A DNA stretch of 64,000 nucleotides from Phoronis australis (lineage: Eukaryota; Animalia; Phoronida): positions 252,307 through 316,306 of the forward strand of contig NMRA01000382.1 of assembly GCA_002633005.1 (NCBI GenBank). Reading direction: 5' to 3'. The translations under genes and the position numbers were made by a program. The notes below the pieces were generated by a model. It did not search any database, was not told where the DNA came from, and saw only the letters and a list, made by a program, of their open reading frames with translations. How positions within the stretch are numbered: the first letter of the stretch is position 1; each line of letters starts with the position of its first letter. Positions 47,124-61,268 of the stretch are shown in pieces.

Positions 47124-49780
47124 TACATATACGTGTACATATATATGCATGGACATACAAAAAGGAAGATGAAAGCTTCGTTGTTGCCTTTTATGGGCAT
47201 GGGGCACTTTCAGTTAATGTATTTGGTGGATTTGAATTTTTTTTTGTTTTAGATGAATACATGTACAGTATAGGGAGGTCATAAAAAGGTATGCGTTGAA
47301 ACATGTCCTTTCGCAACACGTCTCGTGAATATGTCGTATGTTTGTTAAAGGCAGTGGAAATGTCACAGGGGAATTGTGGGTAAGGCTTTCCAAGTGTCGA
47401 GATAAAGTATTCAAAATTCGTTTTTTTTTAAAGTTCCTGCCTTTTTAAAGCTGTACACTTTCTGAATTTCTCTTTCATTTGTTTGTCAGATGGGTTTAGT
47501 AATAGAGAGACCCGTTCGACGACAGACTAAGAAACCCCTAATATGCTGGTACCCGCGCTAGATGTAGGTTATATAACTCTACCGCGTGTACCAGAGTAGC
47601 GTGGCCGCCACAAGGCTACCTTCACTACGGCTATAAATCGGTCTTTCATTACAGAAATCAACTATTGATTTAGACTCTTACCGTTAAGAAATTAGGGCTC
47701 ACATTGGTCCTCAGCAAAATTCAAGATATTCATTTGCTTCTAAACAACTGACAGTTCGTTATTGTTTGGCGTCAGGCTCTGTAAGATTCCTCGTCACAGA
47801 GTGTCATTTTCTACGCCTACCATGGCGTTAACAAACAAGTAATTGTTAGTTCTTTGCTAAATCAGAAACAACCCCTTTATTTCATTAAGGAAAAGAATGG
47901 GACAAATTAATAGCGGTACATGTAAGTTGTCAGATTCAAAAGTTCTGTTTCTTGAATATAGGCTGGTTTATAGTGGTCATGATAAAATCGGTATAGCCAA
48001 CGCTACAAATGTTGTGGATCTTATCTCTAATCATCGAAAGACAGTCATAAAAAATGTTTTTGGATGCAAATTTGCATCGAATTATTTTTCATAGGCCTTC
48101 TGGTATTCTGGAAAATAGTCAAATTGAGGAACCAGTGAAGACTAACTTTTTAGGTGAATTCACTCTGAGTCATTCACTTGTGCCTAGGAAACAAATATTC
48201 TTTCGGCGTTTCCAACGCAATGAATGAACGCATTCATTTGTTTGAGCTTATGAACTAGAAGAGTACTAAACTAAATTAGAGATTTTTTGCAAATTGCAGC
48301 ATTATGGAAATTTGCGTTTTTAAAATCAATTGAATCAGACTTACTACAAGTTTCAGCAGTATTTTATAAATTCTTGGTTGCGATAACGAGACGGTATTTG
48401 TATGTACATGGATTATTAGCTGTTTATTTTTGAAAATTGTTGTGTGATGGCGAAAAAGAATCACTCGAGAATTCCTTCAATAAAACCCAAGCAAACAAAT
48501 AATAAGCGCTCGTCTTTTTGACGTGTAGTTTCCGATGATGATGTTTTGAACAAAGAAAATGTGTTCAGGACTTCTTTCCTTCTCTAAAGCGCCTGTTCTT
48601 TGTTTTCTTGTGTTGAATTGGCCTAAAACCAGAGCCTTTAAGAAAAGTAATTCCTGTTATGATTCTTCTTGTAAAGAGTTTGAAGAAATTCTCGCTGAAA
48701 GAGTTAATTGTTGCGTTTACGTCACGTTCCTTCATTCAAATATTATATCCGTGGATACGGCTGGGGTTGCGTAGCCGAAACTACGTATCTACACTAAAAT
48801 AACAGTAATTCCTAATACATAACAGATATGGGTGAAATTAACACGATGTTATCAAGGAAGTATACACGGAGGAAAAGGAAGAAAAGAATTACAAAACACT
48901 CATTGGGACTCAAACGTGCTCGATTTGTATAATTACGTTTATTAATTACATTTGCATAACTTTATTGCTGGCTATTTCCTACTTTTGGCCAGCACTAGGA
49001 TCACAATCACATTGATTTAGCATAAATAATCGAAGTCATCTTTTTAAGATTGAAATGTGGAATTCGTCAAGTTCTAGGCGAATGAACACAACAGAAAAGA
49101 GTCCAAACTCCATATTAGCCATCTTTGTTTTCCGAAACAATTTTCCATCGTAATAGGAAAAAGTGTTTGATAATTTATATGACCATGAATGGGTCGAACT
49201 TATTAGTCAATTAAATTAGGCTGATTGATACCACTACTGTAGGGAATAAAGTCTGCGTGATTAAGTCAGATTCAACGCATTTGTCTTAAACAAAAAGCAG
49301 TGTTCTCTTGGTGTACGTTGTACCCAAAAACTATAAGAAAACAGAGCAACGTGACATACACAATATTAAAGAGAAAACGTGTTTTGTCTCAGTACACCAT
49401 AGTAATAAGTGACACAGAGATGACAACACTTCTATGACCCATGGCAGACTTATGGAGGTCCGGCGAGGATGGGTGTAGAATGGTCAGCGGAGCAGGATTA
49501 CTGTCAGGGGTGGCGGAAGATCACTGGCAGTCCCCGACATCCTGCCGTCGGTGTTGCACAGTCTTGGGAACCGCCTGGGACAGTCCTTTACCGCCAATGA
49601 GACCCTGAAAAACCTGTATGAAACACCGTTGTTAGGAGTTGAGCGAGTGGTTTCTCAGAAAATGTTGTGCCGCCCCCTTGCGACAGTTTTCATTTGCTAG
49701 TGTATCTCCATGCCAAATCAAATTTCCAATCATTTGTATTACATTACTCTTCTGTGGGTTGATGAAAAAGTTATCCTTAT

Positions 49781-49882
49781 GATAGTATAATTATCAATAT
49801 AATAATAACATCATCAAAATTATAATAATAATTATGATGATAATAGTAATAATAATGGTGTCATTATCATTATAAATATTAT
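49781..49882. repeat. (AAT/CAT)n low-complexity tract
   Basis: Directly visible. Confidence 0.8.
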
Positions 49883-51511
49883 CACCATACATACCAACAT
49901 GGCCCTATCCAAACAACCAGATCAAGTTGAATATGAACGGAGGCCCAGCTCGAGGACATCATTGCTCTGGCGAGGTACAATACACATACATGTAACTGAT
50001 ATGTCCGACGGATCGGTCTCCTTTGGAGGCACTGAACAGTTCTCACAGGGATTTGACTATCAGAACACACGTCAATGGAATCTTCACCCTTTCTTCACTC
50101 TGTCAAAAACTGCATGCAAATAAAGAAAAATTTTGAGTCATTTCACATCACAAGCCCTACAGATGAGCACAGACACTTTGTACTCTCTTGTATTTTTGAC
50201 CCTTTCACTCCCAGTGGAAACCAAGCTGAACTGAGAAAAATGAAGACAAAAAATACAAAATCGGCACTTTTCACCCCAAAATCACCATTTCCCTGTCGAT
50301 GCTCGACTAAAGCAAACATTAGATTGCAAAAGCAAATTTCCTACCGATTCCAAAAATGTGGTCGAAAAGTATTGTCAACCAACTAGATATTTTGCTAATC
50401 TGGGTTGTTTGAGGGCTACATGAAATCGCGGCCAATTTCTCAGTTGCTACACAGCCATGCACAATTGCAACAGGAGGTCAACCTCTTGAAGAAGAGTGCA
50501 GCTACAGCCGAGAAAGTGGCCTTTTTTCATTCTCAGCATGTTCACAAATACAAACAAATCACATTCACTGAGCCTACATGCAGTGTCTACCTACAAAATG
50601 CCCCCAAACTTGGCCTACCCCAAAATTTTAATATTTCGGGAGTGCAAATTGGCCGCAGCCGCAGCCTAACTATTCAGTGCCATCTTTAGATTTATTGTCT
50701 TTAGATTTATTGGTCACTTCTCGAACATGTTATCGACCTCTGTCGTCTGAATTCGTTGAATGGATAGAGATACTACACCTGTCAACAGCGCCTCCTAACA
50801 GCAGTCGCCATACTATGTTTTTTGCCAATAGTACAGAATTGTCAGTGGTCGTGTAATATCAATCTATCTCAGGCGAGAAATAATATGAATCGCATGATAA
50901 AAAGGAATTAAGGGAGTCGTTTCTAGGGACACTCGATCATAGCCTTCTGTCAGTGGAAATTATGTTCAGAGTCTGATTTAGGCCACCAACATGTTTTAAA
51001 ACCGGTCTTATTTGTCACCTACTCATATTTTTAATGTTTTCAAGGCTTGCCGTTCGTTCTTGTCTCAGCTCATTAGGTTTCTTGTTACGGCGGATTTTTT
51101 TCAGCCGGCAAGAACGCGCAGCCGCCAGGTCAGTTCCATGAGCTTTACGGCAGTAACTAATTTTAATTCAAACATGTGCAGTGATACGAACATTGTAATA
51201 AGAGCAAATGTTCGAGTGAATAAAGCTGCCTTTTGTCGCAAGAGCATGGTTTACAAGGCTATTAAGCAAGTTAGGGAACACGAGTGACAACTAAAAGTCT
51301 AAAAATCGAAAGAATGCAAGTACAGAAAGAGATGGATATGATTTCATTAGTTTTGTGACGTCATGTTGTTTATTGGACAGGATTGTGCTATTCTGTGTTG
51401 AGTCAGTGCCTGGGCCTTAAATGTTTCTGCGGATCCAAGGGCGAATAAAACTAAACATTTTGGGGGCTCTGGGAATCTGAGCTGCACACACCGGCACGTC
51501 AGATGTGTTCA

Positions 51512-51579
51512 ATAGCCACCGCATTTTACAGTTCTGCTCCCACGCATAGCCACCGCATTTTACAGTTCTGCTCCTACGC
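51512..51579. repeat. 34-bp tandem duplication, 1 mismatch
   Basis: atagccaccgcattttacagttctgctcc(c/t)acgc twice. Confidence 0.95.
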
Positions 51580-54500
51580 CGTAATTATTTTCGCAAAATT
51601 TGGCCTCAAATTTTAGAAGACGGGAGCCATTCCTTGGTCACGAGGCGGATATACTGCCGGGTTTGTGGAGTATAGTTCTTATTACTTCAATGAATAACCC
51701 GGCTCGGTGTTGATCAGTACCATAAAAATTCTCTTATTTTGAATTTTTTTCTTGCAGAGGACTTTGTCAGTTTTATTGCAAACTCATGCAAAGAGATTCA
51801 ACAATTTCGTCAATTAATAGACTGGTGATACTCGAAGATTAGCACACACACAATCGGGTCTTTATTGGTAGCAAAAGTAATTTCCAGCGCGTAATTAATT
51901 TCCGTCAAAATTTATGAATCACTAATCTCTCTCACTGAATGTATCATTTGCAAGATATTAGCAGTAGGTTCTTGTCGCCAAATACGAATGTAGCGGCATT
52001 GCGTAACAGCTGTGGTCCATTCTGTACTGATCAATACGAATATTATAAATTATAAAGCGTGGCTGTTTTCTGTAATAACATATCGATCGCTAGCGTACCG
52101 CGTTCGAATGCATTATCGCTAGTTATCGTGAAAACAAGTTGAATTCGCAACTTCTTCTTAAAACTTGTTAAAGGAACGTACGATCGTAAAATCTGAAGAG
52201 GAATTTTGTCCTCAGCTAAAAATACTCACAGCGACTAGTTTCCTGTCATTATTGAATCGGATTCAAGTTAGGTTTAGTAAATTATGTGAAAAAATTATTT
52301 TTAGGTGTTTGAAATTTAATTCTACGACGTGTATATGACGTGTACTGTAGATGCCAACATAGGTGAATTCAGTGGCGATTGAGGGTAGAGAAGTTTTATG
52401 AATAAATTCACGCATGTTAAAGGCCGTTGCAGTAACAGACGATATGAATTCATTGAACCAATAGGAGCTGTAAATTGTAAAAAGACGATATCAAAAACGA
52501 CGATCGTCAATACCAAATGTACCTAAAGTCCAAAATTTTTACCAATGGTGTAACAGAGTAAAAAAATTGCCGGATATTGTCGTACAGGATCTGCACACGC
52601 AAATTATTTCAGGTCTGTGAATAACGGGTCAGTTTTGAATTTAGAATTTTAGACAAGATGAGATTCATGTAGTTTTGAAATTTTTCACAGACATTTTGAG
52701 GTCATTGACATTTGATTGCCAAATTTACACACTTTTCTGAGGAGTTATTAAAATTTTTCGCGATTATTATGTTAGAAAATGCACGTGACCTTTCAGGTGG
52801 GTTCGCAACTATGAAATCCGGGGGACTTTTCTCCAGCACTTTGTTTTGTGAACGATGGAAGTGGTTTCAGTTCCCACCCGTTGTTGTTTTCGCCTTGGGC
52901 AGACAGGTGTTTTCTCCCGCTTGACCAAGATAACGCATTTGTACATGAGAAGGGTGTGTTTAGTTTCTTAAACTGGTTGTCAAATTATCCTTGGAGAGTT
53001 ACCAGAGTACGTAACCATTGCTTAAATTTCCCTGTGATACGTTTGGACTAGAATGTGAACTCCGTAGACTGCTGAAATATAAGATGGGCCACACGGTAAG
53101 TATTAAGACGTTACATCATTTTAATTCACTCCATACATTTGGACTCGTCTTTAGAGTTTCCTTGACCTAGTTGCTGCGAAAGCACCACTTCGCACACGGA
53201 CTTTTCGTGTACGTCACTTTCCAAGACTGGCGCTTGTTTGTGCTTCTTTAGCTATGATTATGAACATTCGTGAAACGAAAATTTGGTGCACCAAATTAGC
53301 CCGAAGTATTTGAAAATTACATCCATTGCTTTTCGAATAAAAATCCGGCTCAGAAAGAAGTTTATGTTTTAATTGTTTTTTTTTTTTCATTTTCTCCTGG
53401 AGAATCACAGAATGGCTGCCTATGAAAGAGACCGATAGAAATTGGTTAAAAAATGCAGGTACGATCACGAGAAAAATTGATGAATTATTCCGATTTTGGT
53501 ATTGTCTTTTTATTATTCCGAAACTCATCCAGTGTAAAAACAGGAGAAACCTGTACATTCTAATGAATGTTCCATGCAGCCTACTAATGATGGCGAGGCG
53601 TCACGGCACGACCCCCAGGTTGTGTTGTAATGATTTACAGAGAAGATCACGGGGAAACTGTTATTAAAAAAATAACCAGAACTCCTTCATGTTTCCCTTT
53701 CAATAAACACTGCTATCCCTAAGACTGTCCAATTTTTTCTTTATTTGTTTACGTACAAATACTAGTTTTTCCACCTCTTTGTCTTGATCACGAGTTCATC
53801 TTTCCCTTATGATATAGACCTAAATTATTTTTAAAGTAGTGGCTTTGCTTGATTTAACATCGAAGACAGACTAGCTGAAGAAAGACAATTAGCATTTGCA
53901 GTAATCCGCGATTGCGCTAAAATTTTAAGGATCGTATGAGATTGTTTCATGCAACGGATGCCAGTTATCCTGAGTGGATAGAGATTATCGGTCTTCCCAG
54001 TAGAATAGCCTATAGTTTATGGCCTTTCTCATCGAAATATATTTGCCGAATGAATGTTGTAGACGATGCATTTGCGACTCCGGGATTTCTGACTTACATT
54101 AGAGGTGCGTCTGCACAGTTGAAGAGTTTTCTAGGATTTTTCGACAGTGACTCATAAAAATAAGAGGGTAGTCTCACCACAACCAAGACCACTTACGGTA
54201 AATCCGCATTTCTTTGTGTTCAGTCTTCCCAAAAGCAAGGATTCACTTTCAAAAATAACTGTGCAAATCACCCCAATAAATTTGATATTTATATTTTAGG
54301 ATATGAAATGACTTTGATGTTTTCACGAGCAATATATTCGACGTTTAAACCATCGAAAGAAGATGGAAATGAACTGAGCCTTCCAAACAGCTATGGATTC
54401 TTGTGCCGAGACAATTTTCACTTTTTAAAATAAAAATGTGCCTTTCGTCGCAAAATCTAGGTTTTTATGTATACCATTCACAGTTATGAACAGGTCTCAA

Positions 54501-57500
54501 AATTTCCATTTGTCAAATTAGAGGTGAATTTGGGCTTGGAGAGAAATGACGTCATCTTGGCATTGCTTCGAAACAAGGGTCTAAAGTTGGCTTGTAATGG
54601 CGTGTCATTCTTATGCAATAAGAAATGTAAGTTTTCCCAAGCCCGAGGTCAATTTTATAGTGACAGGAGATCTGAATCGAAAGTTACATGTAGTTCATTT
54701 GATCGCTTGTTGGGTGTATAACATCTCTTTAGATGTCGCCTGTACTTTTAGCCCGTACTCTCAAATTAAGGTTATCAGACAATGGGGCGCAGAAAGTGCA
54801 ATATATACCTCCCATGCATTTCTACAGGTCAACGCATGTATACAAGTCACGGTTAAATAGACTGCGCTCAGTGGTCGTTGAAATAAGTTCGCCAACTGGA
54901 GATTATTAGGAGCCCTACAGTGTAGTTAGATCCGACGCCGTTTCTTGTGCATGTGTTTTTTCGGCTTGACTTAATTTCACTTGCCCACGTCTCAGGATCG
55001 AAACACAATGCTTCGTAACCGACTCACATGTCAATCTTAGGTCAACCTCCTACATCTAAATTGCGGACACATCACGGTCTACTTGGCTCATCGGTGATTT
55101 AACGCCGTAAGAGTTGCTTTTGTTGTTGCCATCTCAACCAAAATGTTATAGAGGTCATCTCCGTCAGTACGTGCTGATCTCGGCAAGTCCATAGTTTCAT
55201 GTTATTGTAGGTTTGTTTGCGTTAATCTGATTTTTTGTTGAAAACTCGGGTAGTCATTGGAGGAGGCAAAAATACCTTTTCAGTGGATTTGCTTTTACAG
55301 GAGTATCGGAGTATCTTACTGGGGTTTATTTGTCCCGCCCGTGCTGCGTCTTGTGGTTTGGACAATTAACTAACAGACAACACAGGGACTGGACCTGGGT
55401 ACAAGGTGCTATTCATTATAAATTTTGAACCTGTCCCGGTACGCTGTTGTACATTAGTTTCCATCAGAGCAGGGTACGGAATGCAAATGAAGCCTTATAC
55501 TCTTAGAACGTCAATATCCGTATCACGGGAAGATAGACCATTCCCCAGTGCAACGACGGCTACATCTCTCTCTTAGGTGGCGCTGTGCCAGTAGGTACTT
55601 ACGGCAGGGTTCATCTCAAAGTACACCACTGGAACAAATATTGGCATGCAGTGCTGCAGCATTCGTGGTTAGAAGCATTCCTTTATAAGCGTTAAATTAC
55701 ATAACTAGACGGACGGCGCAGACGAATGAGTTTCTTCTAACAAGTTCCCCTAGCTACCACTCTCAAAGGGTTAAGCTGCAAAAAGATGTTCTCATTCTTA
55801 AGAATTTGGTATCTTATCTTACCGTACGTTGTACGAGTTTTGGACAGTCGTTCAAAAAAATCCTACGAAAGGGTCTAATCGCTAAAAAGGGTGGTGCATG
55901 TGCTTCTAGAACCGTACAAAACGTCGCGAACTAGTGACCCTTTCAAGGGCTATCGCTACAAGCTTCCACATTTTGCGAGTCCGTAACTAGTGGGTGGATG
56001 TCTTAATTGTCCACCCATAGCTCGTTAGTAATGCATCTGAGTTATGTCCCATTTTGATGTACATCAACGGGGGTCCTAAAACAGCTGACAGGCGGAACAT
56101 AACAAAACTAAATTCAAAGAAGATATTTGCGAGAATTGTTTCACACTGATCAGTTGTAACTAACCGCCCATGTTGAAGATGCACGCGGAAATATGGAATT
56201 GGCTTCAAATGCGGAACGAGGGCAAGTACAGCGCCGGCCATTCCAAGTTTTGTTATTTGTACAAGTATGGTGTGCATTCGCCATAGCGTGTGACTGTGAG
56301 AACCCGACCCGACCCCGGTCTTAACCCCACGTCAGAAGCTACGATTAACGCAAATTGCCGGGGCTATTTCACGTAACAAGCTCCACAATAAAGCAACATT
56401 TGTAAATTGGAGTTGCGTGATTACGAAAGAGATTCGGGTACGCTTTCACAAGCCCAGTGTGTAATAACTTGTTGCGGCCCTCCCGTTGGGTTCTCTTAAT
56501 TGTACCAAGTTATAAGCCTCACGTAGACGAGTTCTTTTGTGACGTGCAAACATGAACAATAAGCCGTAAGAGTTCTATTGAGAGCCGAGCACAAATAGAT
56601 CCTTTCAATTGATTGTGTGCGCGAGGAAAGTATGCACAGCCTTTGAAACACACAATGCGGGTCAGTCCAGTGCGAGCTAACGCTACTGGCTGGGCTGGGC
56701 CACTGTATTAAGCAGTCGAAGCCCAGCCAAGGAACGCGGCGCACGGAGATCACACGTGGTTGCGAAACCAGCGTACCACGCTGCATTCCTACGGCTTTGG
56801 GCTCAACGTGGATGCAAAGGTAACCCTAGAGTTGTGAAATTACGTGCCATGAAGGACGATTCTGGTACAGAAAGATGGAACTGACGAGTTAGGTAACAGA
56901 AAAATATCGATAAATGATTACGTAAAATTTCTAGATGTACGCAACATGCGTGCGGGTAGCTAGGCAATATGGCGTCCGATTCAATCGAATTTTCATTGCT
57001 GGCAGAGATTTCCGTTTTGATAAGAAGTATATCATCTGGTTGGCTAGCGAAAGTGGTAGGTAAAGGGTGAGTAATCCAGTGTCAATTGGGTTGGAGTTCT
57101 AGGCTTGTTTCACCTGTTCGTGTTTGGATGATAGGTAAAAGTGAATGATTACTTCATGGGTGTGTCTCTCCCACAAACATATGAATGCTAGGTTCTGTCG
57201 ATAGGCTTCGTCGAAATTCGTGTGTCTGCGAGCAATGCGCTGTGGTAACATGCCTTGCCTAGATTCGTGGGAGCTCGTGCTGAGCTTTGTGATTTGAATC
57301 CATTGACCCGATTCTCATTTTTTTCAACGTATGAATAAATATGCCAAAGGAATATTTCCAGTGGACATTTGCACTCCTAGTCTAAAAACAGTTAGCGTTT
57401 TGTTAATCTTCTGATGAGCAATTGTGAAGCCAGTGCTGACTGCCCCCTTCTAAAGCAGTATTGCCTGAAACTAAATAGTGGAACATGATTCATCTTGTCA

Positions 57501-58800
57501 ATCCTAGAAGCCTACTGCGTCCTCTCGCTACTCTCTGTATAACTTTAGTATGGCGCCCAGTATTATGTGCTTTACGTTACATGTCGTATATTTTGGATTC
57601 AAAGGCCAGGTAAAATCGAACTGGGCTATAAGATCTTGCTCATTTGCATTGTGACTCAAATTTCGAATGGAACACAAAACTGCAGGCACGGATATGTTTT
57701 TGTGAGGTCTTTTGTTCTTGCACTCGGCTGAAACCATCTTGCACAACTGTGCAAAATTACGCCGAACTTTTAAATGTACAATATATAACCTCAAGCTGCG
57801 TGTTCTCAGAGGAACAGTCTAAATTGCACCGACAACTATGGAGAGATTTTTGGTTGGTCAGCTCAGCTGTCGTTTTCCTATTCTGTCCGTGCAAGTATTC
57901 GCTCCGCTACAAGAATAACTGGTGCCAGGAGTGTTGGCTCGCTCAAATGGGAAATTTACAATTTATTCACTGTGTAAGATATTACGTTTTTATAAATTCC
58001 ACACTCTACCCCCAGCGCCCTGGTGAGGGTATCTGCCATCCGAGTCATTGATGCTTTACAATATTAAGACGTGTGTGTTCTGACGCTGCCGACCGTTCAC
58101 ACGAATGTCCACGTAATAGTCGTTAGTGGAAGCTGGCTACCGCGTTACAAGTGTTAGTATTTCGTATCAAGCTAGTTTGTTTTGACTTAAAACCAGTTGA
58201 GAGGTTACAAAACTAGTCTCTTGTAACGTGTAGAAAAGTCAAGTTGGGAATAATTTTTCGCACCAAGCTTTCTGGTTTCGTCGGCCATATTGGTGAATAT
58301 TTCATAATCTGTCTGTCATTTACATCGTTATTTATTACAGGCGCTAGAATGATTGATGAAATTCAACTTGCTCCTTTCAGAGTTTGATCCATAATCCCTA
58401 CGAGGTCAGAAAAACAGTTAGTTTTACGGGAAGTCTATATCCAGATCTCTAAAACAGGTTTCACCTATGTAGTTAGGCTGTGCCAACCGTATTGAGCGGG
58501 AAATCGGCGAAGGCAAAATGGCTTCGGGCGTATTATACAATGAAAGAAAATAGATTCCATATAACTTTTATTTCAGTTGAGTGCGTGTAGGTTATGTAAC
58601 TTCAGAGTTGGCTATTATTGCAGTATTGTTACATCCATTCGAATCGAATAAACGTGGTCGGAAAAGTTAACAATAACGCGCATTGCTACACATTCGCGCC
58701 TCTGGCTGAAGACTGTTCTGTAACTACCGCACCCGCCATTCACTGTCGTTGATCTTGGGTACCATTTTCCCTTTCTATTTTCTGATGTTTTTGAATATTC

Positions 58801-59200
58801 GATTTACAAGCTATATGTATAATCTGGCCGTCAATCCCTCGTTTTTAATGTAACTGTCGACCTCCTGGAAAGAACGAGAATTTCGCCCGAATCAAATGCC
58901 AAAATCACTGAATCATTATGATCACACGGACAAATCCTCAGGATAATACGAATGAACGAAAGTCATGACCAACCCTTTACAAATTCCTTCTATCTTTTTT
59001 GGATAGTCGATGTACAAGCTATATTCCGACCGTCAGCTCGTTTTTCTTGGAATGGATAAGTCATCCTTGTGGTAAGAACAAGAACTTCGCGCGATTCACG
59101 CGCCAAAATCACTGAATCATCGCTCGAAACATCTGATCATACGTTCGAATTCTCTGGATTATATGAATGTACAAAAATCATGATAAATGATTTCTTTCGT
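58801..59200. repeat. Two diverged ~205-bp tandem units
   Basis: tacaagctatat at 58805 and 59013; gccaaaatcactgaatcat at 58898 and 59102. Confidence 0.8.
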
Positions 59201-61268
59201 GTGGTTCGTACCAATGGTTCCGCGATAATCGCGCATCTACGTGATTAACGATTCAATGGTTCTAGAGTGCGATTCACTGGGTTTTGCCTATGCTTCGGAA
59301 ATCCATGGGAATGACTGCCTTGCACCCTTCAGTAATACACAATTCAAAACGGGCAATACGCGTACGGGAAATTGAGAATTTGTTGTCTACTTTCAGGCCA
59401 GTTCGATCAGCACTGTGAGAAATGTACGGGCAGGTGTTGATACTGCTCAGCAGTGCGTGATACTGCCGTGACGCGGGAGTGGCCTGGAATGAAGTTGTGC
59501 AGAAGTCATGAAAAAGGTAATAATTAGGTAAAGGAATTGTAAGAATTGTAGATTTTCTTTCACGAATAGGTGCGACAAATACAATTTATTGCTCGCAAAT
59601 TGAAGGCGTGGTCAACTGGTCTGAATTAATCAGATACTGAAGACACTTCAAGATGGCCGCCAGTCGAAGATTACCGCGCGTTTCTGTTGCGGGATTATAG
59701 CTCACATCATGCAATAACTTCAAAAGCTGATTACCAAAGGTGCCTACATCTTAAGTTATAGCTTGGGCTGGTCGAGCATTGCTAAATGTGTTTATCTGAA
59801 GTGCGATGGAAATAGACTGGCGTTGGTAAATTTATTGTCGGTTACACATTTTAGCATGACTACTGTTTCCATTGGCCACAAATAAAGACTGAAGTGCACA
59901 CCTGTTTCCTGGCACCGGGAAATTTAAATGTGCTGACTCGTTACTTAAAGAATTAGGAATGATTAAATGCCAGTGATATGTATTGAGTGCTTCATCACGT
60001 GAATCCTAAGTTTCGGACATGATTTGGAGCAGTTGCTGTAAGTTCTGTTGGACGCAGAGATCTCGCTTCTACTTTCCTGATAAAACGTGAACTACCTGCG
60101 TTGACGCAAATTGATCGTAACTTTCCTAAAGCTCTGTTTGCAAATTAGAATTGTTAAATTATTTATTCTCAAGCGTTCATGACGTGATCTTTTCAGCTCT
60201 ACTCTCGAATCCACTGCGGAATAGGTGGGCTGTTATTGATTATTTATGGAAGGATAATTGCTGCTATTGTTCGGTCACTTCAAATTGCCAACTCCTGTGG
60301 CGATTTCGTTTTATGTTTCTTTCTGGGACAGCATTCTCCCCGGTGACAATGTGTGACGTCAGTTGGTCACTCGATGTTCACTGTGTGGCGTTAAAGAAGA
60401 AAGCCACCCCCCCCCCCTTCCAATGTCATGTTGATTAAGAGTAAAGCAGTTATCAGCATCAGGGCACTCGTTTGAGAAAGGTCCCGTGTAATTACCTCCT
60501 GTCAGTTCGTTTGCCTAAGACACTCGTGAGGGATGCTAGTGTGGTCACGTGTTTTGATTATCATACGCGGCAATGTCTCGCATGGACATGATCTCGCTGT
60601 TCTCGCAAGAAAACTGCTCTACGGAACGCTGCCCTGAATGCATGCATTTTTGGTGTTAGGACCCATGTTCCCGGAACCCTGATTGTTTTCACTCAGTGAG
60701 GCTGGGCTGCGATTTTTAGAGCGCTTTCTTGCGAGAGGAGTAAGATCGCGCAAGCCTTAGAGAGATGACATATGTTTCGAGAAGAGCACGTGGTTTAATC
60801 GAACGCTCCTTTGAACATGATGAGCAGCCATTCGTGCATTTGATTGGTTCGCTTTCGTTCTGCCATTGACAATGACCCAAAGCGAGGCTTTCGTCTCACT
60901 TGGGCCAAAGATTTGTATAATATCTTTGCTTGTGCCACTTCACGAAATCTATTGGCGTACTTGCTGACACCTGGATTTGGTTAAATACTCGTTAATGATC
61001 AACTTCGTGCTAATTAATTACAGGCATCTGAAAAGAGACTGGCCGCCAATTGCTGACAACCACAGAAAGAGAACGGGTGAAACCTTACGTGCCAGCAGCA
61101 CCATGTGGTAGGTTTAAGAGTATTGACGGATAGTGGAAATCGATGCGTACGCATACCCGTTACGAGCATTCTAACCCAGACACTCTAGTTTGTGGTAAGG
61201 TGGCAACCCATTTTGAAATAATGCTACCTCGTATCTGTGTGTCCCATAGGCACCACAAAACTATAACA

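Noticed and set aside
41067-47252. ORFs with ER, LS, CV or HT dipeptide runs
   Set aside because: Microsatellite and N-gap artefacts.
49389-49604. Alternative frame GLIGGKG...DCQ*SSATP...VVISVSLITMVY* as a selenoprotein
   Set aside because: Needs a phase-0 upstream exon, shows no CxxU-type motif, and I could not identify a SECIS.
39097-53570. AT-rich blocks resembling non-autonomous DNA-transposon interiors (about 39100-39700, 48000-48470, 52500-52830, 53260-53570)
   Set aside because: No TIR pair, TSD or second copy could be established in this window.
27052-59200. Spaced repeats (27052-27420, 51512-51579, 58801-59200) as CRISPR-like arrays
   Set aside because: Eukaryotic context, degenerate whole-unit repeats, no unique spacers and no cas genes.
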